Source of the DNA: Chloroflexi bacterium RBG_13_51_18
GTDB lineage: Bacteria; Chloroflexota; Dehalococcoidia; Dehalococcoidales; RBG-16-60-22
Reading direction: 5' to 3'
DNA length: 35,965 bases
Assembly (NCBI GenBank): GCA_001796495.1
Contig: MGMR01000113.1
Span: forward strand, 9,233-45,197
A program made the translations under genes and the position numbers. Below the pieces are notes generated by a model, which had not been told where the DNA came from, ran no database searches, and worked only from the letters and a program-made list of their open reading frames with translations. Below, one piece after another: positions 25,874 through 32,554 of this stretch. Numbering within the stretch: position 1 is the first letter of the stretch; each line of letters opens with the position of its first letter.

Positions 25874-26470
25874 ATGACCAAACTGGATTCATGCCGCAAA
25901 GTCATCGCCGAACGTATCACCGGGCCGATTATCAGCGTGCTTTCCAGAACGCCGCTGACGCCGGATATCGTTACCTGGCTGGGATTCGGCATCACTATCG
26001 CCGCCGGAGCGCTCATTGTCACCGAGCATTTCCTGGCGGCGGGAATTGTGGTGCTGGTGGCCGGACTCTTCGATATGCTGGATGGAGCGCTCGCACGCAC
26101 CACCGGCCGGACGTCACGCTTCGGCGCTATCCTCGATTCCACACTCGACCGTCTTTCGGAAGCCCTGCTATTGATAACCCTGCTGGCGGTATTCGTAAAA
26201 TACGGACAGACAGCTGAAAGCGTACTTGCGGCGGTTGCCCTGGCAGGCTCGCTGATTGTCAGCTATATCCGCGCCAGGATGGAGGGGCTGGGCATAGAAT
26301 GTAAGGCCGGGCTTTTTACCCGACCGGAAAGAGTGATTATTCTATCGCTGGGGCTGCTGTTCAGCGGGTTTGACAACGCCCTGCTCATCGCCCTGGCGGT
26401 CATTACCTTTTTCAGTTGGATTACCGTTATCGAACGCCTAGTTTATGCCTGGTACCAAACGCGATCCTGA
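25874..26470 (+). CDS. CDP-alcohol phosphatidyltransferase (phosphatidylinositol-phosphate synthase-like)
   Basis: 198 aa and multi-TM. Signature D-x2-DG-x2-AR-x8-G-x3-D-x3-D, seen as DMLDGALARTTGRTSRFGAILDSTLDRLSE. Confidence 0.8.
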   Translation: MTKLDSCRKVIAERITGPIISVLSRTPLTPDIVTWLGFGITIAAGALIVTEHFLAAGIVVLVAGLFDMLDGALARTTGRTSRFGAILDSTLDRLSEALLLITLLAVFVKYGQTAESVLAAVALAGSLIVSYIRARMEGLGIECKAGLFTRPERVIILSLGLLFSGFDNALLIALAVITFFSWITVIERLVYAWYQTRS

Positions 26471-26510
26471 TATTAAACGCTAATTCCTTCTATTACGATG
26501 AAAAATAAGA

Positions 26511-26539
26511 TAGACAAGGTACGCCCATGATGGTAGAAT
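26511..26539 (+). promoter_or_regulatory. Candidate sigma-70 promoter for purA
   Basis: TAGACA (26511-26516), 17 nt, TAGAAT (26534-26539), with an extended -10 TG at 26531-26532. Confidence 0.5.
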
Positions 26540-26566
26540 GTATGGGTTTTGCTCAAGGAGGTTAAA

Positions 26567-27850
26567 ATGTCGGTTGTTGCTGTTATCGGAGCCCAATGGG
26601 GAGATGAAGGTAAAGGTAAAATTGTTGATATGCTGTCAGAGAAAGCCAGGTACGTGGTACGTTTTTCCGGCGGCGATAATGCCGGCCACACGGTAGTCAA
26701 TCCCCACGGGACATTCAAGCTGCGTCTCACGCCGTCGGGCATTTTTTACAAAGATACCACTTCGATAATCGGCAACGGCGTCGTTATCAATCCCGCCGTG
26801 CTGAACAAGGAAATCGACGACCTTAATTCACGCGGCATAGATACATCACGGCTGCTTATCAGCGACCGAGCCCATCTCATTATGCCCTACCACCTTGCTA
26901 TCGAAGAACTGGAAGAGGAAGCCCTCGGCGACAAAGCAATCGGCACCACGCACAAAGGCATCGGCCCCGCTTTCACGGATAAGGTCGCGCGGACCGGCAT
27001 CAGGGCCGGCGACCTCCTCGATAAGAAGGTATTTAAAGATAAGCTTACTGTGGCGTTGACGAATAAAAATAAAGTCCTTACAAAAATCTATCGCGGGTAT
27101 GCCCTGTCATTTGACAGCATTTACAATCAATACTGCAAATTCGCCGACCGCTGGGCGCCTTTTATCTGCGATACTTCAGTCGTGCTGGCCGAAGCTATCG
27201 CCCGTAACGAACCCGTGCTGCTGGAAGGCGCGCAGGGCGTCCTGCTCGACCCCGATTACGGCACCTATCCATTCGCCACGTCCTCCTCGCCCATGGCCGC
27301 CGGAGCGTGCCTGGGTTCGGGCATAGCCCCCAACAAGCTGACCCACATCCTGGGTGTATTCAAATCTTATCAAACCAGAGTGGGCGCCGGTCCTATGCCT
27401 ACCGAGTTGAACGACGAGACCGGCAATACCATCAGGGAACTGGCGCATGAATACGGCACGGTCAGCGGCCGGGCCCGCCGCTGCGGCTGGTTCGATACCG
27501 TGGCTGCCCGTCTCAGCGCCCGGGTTAACGGCTATAACAGCATCGTTATCACACGACTCGACGTACTGGACACCCTGCCGCGGGTTAAGATATGCACCGG
27601 CTATAAAATAGACGGAAAATCGATCGATAATTTCCCGGCCAGCATCGCCACCCTAGAAAAATGCGAGCCTGTTTATGAAGAGCTACCGGGATGGCAAAAA
27701 TCCACGGCTAAAACCCGCATCTTCAGCGAGCTTCCCAATAGAGCCAAGAAGTATATCACCCGACTGGAAGAACTCACCAGCTGCCCGGTCAGTATGATTT
27801 CCGTGGGCGAAAGGCGGGAAGAAACTATCATCAGGAAGTCGGTCTTTTAA
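26567..27850 (+). CDS. purA: Adenylosuccinate synthetase
   Basis: MSVVAVIGAQWGDEGKGKIVD (P-loop), GGDNAGHT, GTTHKGIGPAF. The ATG at 26567 has AGGAGG 7 nt upstream. The track TTG start at 26549 sits at or before the predicted TSS. Confidence 0.95.
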   Translation: MSVVAVIGAQWGDEGKGKIVDMLSEKARYVVRFSGGDNAGHTVVNPHGTFKLRLTPSGIFYKDTTSIIGNGVVINPAVLNKEIDDLNSRGIDTSRLLISDRAHLIMPYHLAIEELEEEALGDKAIGTTHKGIGPAFTDKVARTGIRAGDLLDKKVFKDKLTVALTNKNKVLTKIYRGYALSFDSIYNQYCKFADRWAPFICDTSVVLAEAIARNEPVLLEGAQGVLLDPDYGTYPFATSSSPMAAGACLGSGIAPNKLTHILGVFKSYQTRVGAGPMPTELNDETGNTIRELAHEYGTVSGRARRCGWFDTVAARLSARVNGYNSIVITRLDVLDTLPRVKICTGYKIDGKSIDNFPASIATLEKCEPVYEELPGWQKSTAKTRIFSELPNRAKKYITRLEELTSCPVSMISVGERREETIIRKSVF

Positions 27851-27865
27851 CCGGGATTCACGACT

Positions 27866-28312
27866 ATGGCAACCGTGCGATTGGCTAAAGATACGGATAT
27901 CCCCCGCATCCTGGAGCTTTACCGTCAGCTTTCCTTCAATCCTGGCGACTACAAGGCTGCCCCGCTGGAAGAATGCCTGCACGTCTTAAAACAACTGTCT
28001 AAAGTCCCCGGCTATAGCCTTCTGGTGGCGGAAGAAAATGGAAAGGTGGTTGGTACGACGGTACTGGCAATTCTGCCGGGGATGGCGCACGGCACATCGT
28101 CCTTTGCAGTGGTGGAATACGTGGTGGTTGATGAAAAAAGCCGCAGTCAGGGCATCGGCAAGCTTTTAATGGAACACTGCATGAAACTGGCTAAAGAAGC
28201 CGGCTGCTATAAAGTAATGCTCACCAGCGATAAACGGCGGGAACGGGCCCACGAGTTCTACCGGTCTTTAGGCTTCGAGGCATCAGCGTTCGGGTTTAGG
28301 CTTTACTTCTAG
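27866..28312 (+). CDS. GNAT-family N-acetyltransferase
   Basis: 148 aa with the acetyl-CoA motif VDEKSRSQGIGKLLMEHCMKLAKEAG and the C-terminal FYRSLGF. Confidence 0.85.
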   Translation: MATVRLAKDTDIPRILELYRQLSFNPGDYKAAPLEECLHVLKQLSKVPGYSLLVAEENGKVVGTTVLAILPGMAHGTSSFAVVEYVVVDEKSRSQGIGKLLMEHCMKLAKEAGCYKVMLTSDKRRERAHEFYRSLGFEASAFGFRLYF

Positions 28313-28498
28313 TGCGGGATTCCACATTACTTCCAGTATTGACCGATATTTACGGCTGTCATTTTTCAACGATTCTCTAACAGCACTGTTAACAAGGTCT
28401 GATACCGATTTAGAGACAGCGATAGATTTCAAACGCAGAGCTTTGTGTAAATCGGGGTCAAAATAAATCGTAGTCCGTTTAGCAGTCGTGGTCATCAT
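28283..28498 (-). CDS. Ribbon-helix-helix (CopG/antitoxin-like) DNA-binding protein with no adjacent toxin gene
   Basis: 71 aa. The N-terminal RHH pattern is KRTTIYFDPDLHKALRLKSIAVSKSVSDLVNSAVRESL. GGAGG lies 4 nt upstream of the ATG. The 3' end overlaps the convergent GNAT gene by 30 nt. Confidence 0.65.
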   Translation of the reverse strand: MMTTTAKRTTIYFDPDLHKALRLKSIAVSKSVSDLVNSAVRESLKNDSRKYRSILEVMWNPALEVKPKPER

Positions 28499-28515
28499 AA
28501 CACCTCCGTGAATGA

Positions 28516-28555
28516 TGACATTTTAGCATGATAACGTTATGACGTCAAAACGTCA
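28516..28555 (-). promoter_or_regulatory. RHH-gene promoter with an overlapping palindromic operator candidate
   Basis: The minus strand reads TTGACG, 17 nt, TAAAAT, then GGAGG and ATG. The perfect inverted repeat TGACGT-CAAA-ACGTCA (28540-28555) covers the -35. Further ACGT-containing palindromes (AACGTT, GACGTC) are adjacent. Confidence 0.5.
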
Positions 28556-28655
28556 CCTGAATGAAGACATATTTTTTAATTGATTATTTAGAGGCAGCAA
28601 GATGCCGCTTATATTTTTCGCTTCCCCCACCCTATAAATGCTATAATTCAGGTAT

Positions 28656-30824
28656 ATGGATATCCTCGCCGAGCTTAATCCCGCGCAGAAAGAAGCCGTA
28701 GAAGCCATTAACGGGCCGGTGCTGATACTGGCCGGACCCGGCAGCGGCAAGACCCGCGTCATTACCCACCGCGTCGCCTACTTAATCCGGGTGGTAGGCA
28801 TCAACCCACGGCACATCATGGCGGTCACCTTCACCAATAAAGCCGCCCGGGAGATGGAGGAGCGACTCCTCAAGCTGGTAAGCGCGTCGGTGAAGGACCT
28901 GACACTGGGCACGTTTCACGCCATCTGCGCCCGCATCTTGAGGCAAGACGGCAGGGCCATCGGCGTCGACAATAATTTCGTGATTTACGACGACGACGAC
29001 CAGATAAGCCTGATCAAGCGCAGTCTGCAGGATTTAACCCTCGACCCCAAGCAGTTCGCCCCAAGAGCTTTGCAGTCGGTCATCTCCAGCGCCAAGAGCC
29101 AGATGCAGTCGCCTTCCGATCTGCACGGCAAGAGTTACTTCGACGAGGTAACAAAGCGCGTCTACGAGCGCTACCAGCAGCTATTAGCCGACAGCTCGGC
29201 GCTGGACTTCGACGACCTATTATTAAAGACGGTGATGCTTTTCCAGCAAAAAAAGGACATTTTAAAAAAGTATCAGGAGCGCTACATGCACATCCAGGTG
29301 GACGAGTTCCAGGACACCAACCTGGTGCAATACGAGCTGGTGAAGCAGCTGGCCGGGAAATACCGCAACATCTGTGTGGTCGGCGACCCCGACCAGTCGA
29401 TATATTCCTGGCGGTCGGCGGACATCCGCAATATATTGAACTTCGAGAAGGACTTCCCGGACGCGCGGGTGGTGCTATTGGAACAGAACTACCGCTCTAC
29501 GCAGTTGATTCTCGACGCCGCGACTTACGTTATTTCCGCCAACCGGCAGCGCAAGCCCAAGGAGCTTTGGACGGAGAACGAAAAGGGCCTGCCCCCGGCC
29601 GTTATCGAGACCTACTCCGCCGAAGAAGAAGCCCAGTGGGTCGTTAATGAAATCGATAACCTGATGCGGGGCGGGGAATTGAAGGCGGGCGACTGCGCGG
29701 TAATGTACCGCACCAATGCACAGTCGAGAGTGCTGGAAGAGGCCTTTATCCGCTACGGGATGCCCTACAAGCTGGTAGCGGGCACCCGATTCTACGAGCG
29801 GCGCGAGGTCAAGGACATCATCGCCTACCTGCGACTAATTCAGAACCCGTACGATTCGGTCAGCTTGCGGCGCGTCATCAACGTCCCCCAGCGCGGCATC
29901 GGCGAGCGCAGCCTGGACGAGCTCAACCGCTGGTCACAGGCGCAGGGCGTCAACGAGTACAAGGCCCTGCAGCTGATGGCCGATTCGAAGGAAAGCAGCG
30001 CGGAACTCCCCTTCAGCGCGCGGACGGTCAAGGTGCTGGCCGGTTTCGCGGTAATGATAGAAAGCTTTATCGAGAAGAGCCATGAGCTCGACGTGATGAA
30101 GCTCTTCGACCTGGCGGTCGATAAATCGGGCTACAAGCAGTACATCACGGGACTGGTCGACGGCGAGGAGCGGTGGGAGAACATCCTGGAATTGCGCGGC
30201 GTGGCGCAGGACTATAAAGACCTGCCGTACGGGGAAGGACTGACGGCCTTCCTCGAAGGCGTGGCGCTGGTATCGGACGTCGACGACCTCAATGAAAAGG
30301 TGGATACGGTCACCCTGATTACCCTCCACCAGGCCAAGGGACTGGAATTTCCGGTGGTGTTCATCGTCGGCATGGAGGAGGGCATCCTGCCGCATTATAA
30401 AAGCATCGACGACCCCGCCCAGCTGGAGGAGGAGCGACGATTGTGCTACGTGGGCATCACGCGGGCGAAGCAGAAGGTGTACCTGGTGCGGGCGTTCCGG
30501 CGTCACCTGATGGGCTCCATCGCGGTGAACAAGCCATCGCGCTTTCTGCTGGACATTCCTGCCGACCTTATAGCAAGGGGCGGCGACCGTAAGCGCGAAG
30601 ACGAATGGTCGGCGGCCGGCATCGACGCGACGGAAAAAGCCATCAAGCCTAATGAAGACCTCCCCGTGTTCAAAGCCGGCGACCACGTTAAGCACGACCA
30701 GTTCGGGGAGGGGGTGGTGGTGAACTACCACAAGGTCAGGAACGACGCCGAGGTGGTGGTGGCTTTCGACGGGGAAGGGGTAAAGCGGTTTTTATTGAGC
30801 TTTGCGAATATTGAGAAGGTCTGA
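28656..30824 (+). CDS. pcrA: ATP-dependent DNA helicase PcrA/UvrD (SF1A)
   Basis: Motifs LNPAQKEAV, LAGPGSGKTRVIT (Walker A), VDEFQDTN, VGDPDQSIYSWRSA, LEQNYRST, TLHQAKGLEFPVVF, CYVGITRAK. The C-terminal Tudor-like tail is GDHVKHDQFGEGVVV. Confidence 0.95.
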   Translation: MDILAELNPAQKEAVEAINGPVLILAGPGSGKTRVITHRVAYLIRVVGINPRHIMAVTFTNKAAREMEERLLKLVSASVKDLTLGTFHAICARILRQDGRAIGVDNNFVIYDDDDQISLIKRSLQDLTLDPKQFAPRALQSVISSAKSQMQSPSDLHGKSYFDEVTKRVYERYQQLLADSSALDFDDLLLKTVMLFQQKKDILKKYQERYMHIQVDEFQDTNLVQYELVKQLAGKYRNICVVGDPDQSIYSWRSADIRNILNFEKDFPDARVVLLEQNYRSTQLILDAATYVISANRQRKPKELWTENEKGLPPAVIETYSAEEEAQWVVNEIDNLMRGGELKAGDCAVMYRTNAQSRVLEEAFIRYGMPYKLVAGTRFYERREVKDIIAYLRLIQNPYDSVSLRRVINVPQRGIGERSLDELNRWSQAQGVNEYKALQLMADSKESSAELPFSARTVKVLAGFAVMIESFIEKSHELDVMKLFDLAVDKSGYKQYITGLVDGEERWENILELRGVAQDYKDLPYGEGLTAFLEGVALVSDVDDLNEKVDTVTLITLHQAKGLEFPVVFIVGMEEGILPHYKSIDDPAQLEEERRLCYVGITRAKQKVYLVRAFRRHLMGSIAVNKPSRFLLDIPADLIARGGDRKREDEWSAAGIDATEKAIKPNEDLPVFKAGDHVKHDQFGEGVVVNYHKVRNDAEVVVAFDGEGVKRFLLSFANIEKV

Positions 30825-31039
30825 AGAATAACCAAGGTACAAGATACAATAACCAACCCCCCCACTCTACATGAATTGTTTTATAAATTTAAAAATTTTT
30901 TTTCTTATGTCTTAGCTACAAACCGTAGCTGAATTGTTTTTAATTGTTTTATGGTAAGCTTCTTTTTCTTTACCCGCCCCTGCCCCACCGCCAACCATCT
31001 AATGATACAGCTTAAAGAATAAGGTGGCAAGAGGATTTT

Positions 31040-31125
31040 GTCGTGGGGGGAGTAAAAGGGAAAATATCTTTGACTCCCCTATTGCAAAAGGATAAACTTT
31101 AACAAAATAAACCCTTAACAGAATA
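31040..31125 (+). repeat. Copy A of an ~80-bp duplicated promoter-bearing intergenic element
   Basis: GTCGTGG...TCTTTGACTCCCC..AAAAGG.TAAACTTTA..CCCTTAACAGAATA. It contains TTGACT (31070-31075), 17 nt, TAAACT (31093-31098). See copy B. Confidence 0.7.
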
Positions 31126-31134
31126 AGCATTAGA

Positions 31135-32355
31135 GTGAAAGCTGAGGAGGTTTTTCAAATAATGGAGACTTTAGTTAAAAGAATGCAAAAGCAGCTTTTA
31201 GACCAAGCTCAATTTGTATATTATGAAAATCCAATCTCCGAACCTACTCAAAAAGCCTACCTGGCAACTCCCAGGCATCTATTTGTAAAACGCTATCGTG
31301 AATTGGGAACCAAAGAATGGAATGAAGTCAATGAAGATAATCTGGAAAGCCACTTAGCAAGGCTGTATCAAGATAAAGCACTTATCCTCTTTGGTGATGA
31401 CCCAGTTAATCTTCAATCGACTATTTCACAACCATCGTTCGTTCTCCAGATACTCGATATGTTGCAGCTTAAGCCAGGACAAAGAGTATTTGAACTCGGC
31501 GCGGGAAGCGGCTGGAACGCTGCCCTAATCGGGCATCTTATAGGTCCCGAAGGTCATGTGTACAGTCTGGAAATCATCCCCGAAGTAGCCAGGACAGCCA
31601 AGGCTACGATTGAACAATTGGGAATTAAAAATGTCAGTATCATCGAAGCTGATGGAGGGGAAGGCTACGCTAAGGAAGCCCCTTATGATAGAGCTATATT
31701 TACGGCAGGAACATACGATATGCCTCATCACTTCTTCCAGCAGATTAAAGATGGTGGTTTACTAGTGATTATAATTAAGAATGAAGGCGGAGGCGATAAT
31801 CTGTTTCTTTTTCGTAAAAACGTAGATCATTTCGAGTCAGTTGAATCAATGACCTGTGGTTTCGTTCAAATGACGGGTAAATATCGGATTACAGATTTAG
31901 ATCCTATGGTTCTGGAAACCCTGCCAGAATGGCCTAAACTAAAGGAACATGAGATAACCAAACGGAAATTTTGGTGGGGTGCCAAAGGGAAAGATCCAAC
32001 GGGTTATAAAACGGTTGGCATACGCTCATTTCTCGCTATTACAGAGCCGTTATTTAAAACCTTTAAAACAAAGAAGGCCGGCGAGCAATCTGTAGAAGAA
32101 CAATTTTGGGGACTGTGGGACAAAGAGAATCTCTCTTTGGTAGTTGCTAAAGACGATACACTCACCTCATACGGTGGTCTAGCCGCCGAACAACATCTCA
32201 TGGAAGATATTAGAAGCTGGGTGAACCTAGGGATGCCAAACGCTGCCAGTTTTGACTTGAAAATTTATCCGACAGATATCCCCCTACACGCAGGTGAAAA
32301 CCAGTGGATCGTTAAGCGAAACGAAGCTCAATTCCTCTGGAGTATGAAAAACTGA
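31135..32355 (+). CDS. Long-form protein-L-isoaspartate O-methyltransferase (PIMT/Pcm)-like SAM methyltransferase with a ~155-aa C-terminal extension
   Basis: PIMT core: YLATPRHLFV, STISQPSFVLQILDML, GQRVFELGAGSGWNAALIGHLIGPEGHVYSLEI (SAM motif I), IIEADGGEGY, YDRAIFTAG, GGLLVI. It is 406 aa against ~210 aa for canonical Pcm. The start is GTG 31135 or ATG 31162, the latter with GAGGAGG 12 nt upstream. Confidence 0.75.
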   Translation: MKAEEVFQIMETLVKRMQKQLLDQAQFVYYENPISEPTQKAYLATPRHLFVKRYRELGTKEWNEVNEDNLESHLARLYQDKALILFGDDPVNLQSTISQPSFVLQILDMLQLKPGQRVFELGAGSGWNAALIGHLIGPEGHVYSLEIIPEVARTAKATIEQLGIKNVSIIEADGGEGYAKEAPYDRAIFTAGTYDMPHHFFQQIKDGGLLVIIIKNEGGGDNLFLFRKNVDHFESVESMTCGFVQMTGKYRITDLDPMVLETLPEWPKLKEHEITKRKFWWGAKGKDPTGYKTVGIRSFLAITEPLFKTFKTKKAGEQSVEEQFWGLWDKENLSLVVAKDDTLTSYGGLAAEQHLMEDIRSWVNLGMPNAASFDLKIYPTDIPLHAGENQWIVKRNEAQFLWSMKN

Positions 32356-32446
32356 CTTATCAACGCCGACTATTCGTGTCCGGTTGACTTAGTTGACTTC
32401 TAATAAAATTCAAGTCGCTTTTTTACTGTTTATCATTTTAAGCAGG

Positions 32447-32524
32447 TCGTGGAGATGGACCTATCTCTTTGACTCCCCCTCCTTAAAAGGTTAAACTTTA
32501 GTTAAATATTCCCTTGACAAAATA
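32447..32524 (+). repeat. Copy B of the duplicated promoter-bearing element (upstream of mutL)
   Basis: GTCGTGG...TCTTTGACTCCCC..AAAAGG.TAAACTTTA..CCCTTGACAAAATA. It contains TTGACT (32469-32474), 17 nt, TAAACT (32492-32497). By hand alignment, roughly three quarters of positions are identical to copy A. Confidence 0.7.
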
Positions 32525-32542
32525 CACGGTATCGTGTAAGAT
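32514..32542 (+). promoter_or_regulatory. Second (proximal) candidate promoter for mutL
   Basis: TTGACA (32514-32519), 17 nt, TAAGAT (32537-32542), with an extended -10 TG at 32535-32536. The -10 ends only 12 nt before the mutL ATG. Confidence 0.5.
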
Positions 32543-32554
32543 TTTACTAAAATT

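Noticed and set aside
26549-26566. N-terminal extensions proposed by the ORF track. These are purA from TTG 26549, plsX from 15562, the NuoE-like gene from 5778 and the NuoF-like gene from 6313.
   Set aside because: In each case an internal start has a proper SD, overlap-coupling or both, and gives the family-typical N-terminus. The extension either overlaps the upstream gene or lies upstream of the predicted promoter.
27866-28498. GNAT plus RHH as a TacT/TacA- or AtaT/AtaR-type toxin-antitoxin pair
   Set aside because: Those systems are co-directional, with the antitoxin upstream of the toxin. Here the genes are convergent and overlap at their 3' ends. The GNAT also looks like an ordinary small acetyltransferase.
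29934-30731. 265-aa ORF antisense to pcrA
   Set aside because: Shadow ORF inside pcrA. The composition is Arg/His/Val/Leu-rich, with no recognisable domain and no SD.
30913-30940. Weak hairpins after pcrA and after the methyltransferase gene, considered as intrinsic terminators. The first is AGCTAC-AAACC-GTAGCT followed by a distant T-run. The second, at ~32395-32425, is GACTT-12 nt-AAGTC followed by a T-run.
   Set aside because: The stems are short (5-6 bp) and AT-rich, with either a displaced T-tract or a large loop. They are plausible but too weak to list as features.
30912-31022. Small ORFs in the AT-rich spacer as candidate RiPP precursors for the PIMT-like enzyme. The plus-strand ORF (30951-31022) encodes MVSFFFFTRPCPTANHLMIQLKE. 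The minus-strand ORF (30912-30998) encodes MVGGGAGAGKEKEAYHKTIKNNSATVCS.
   Set aside because: Neither has an SD. Neither contains an Asp in a plausible core position or resembles a leader/core peptide. ORFs this short are expected by chance.
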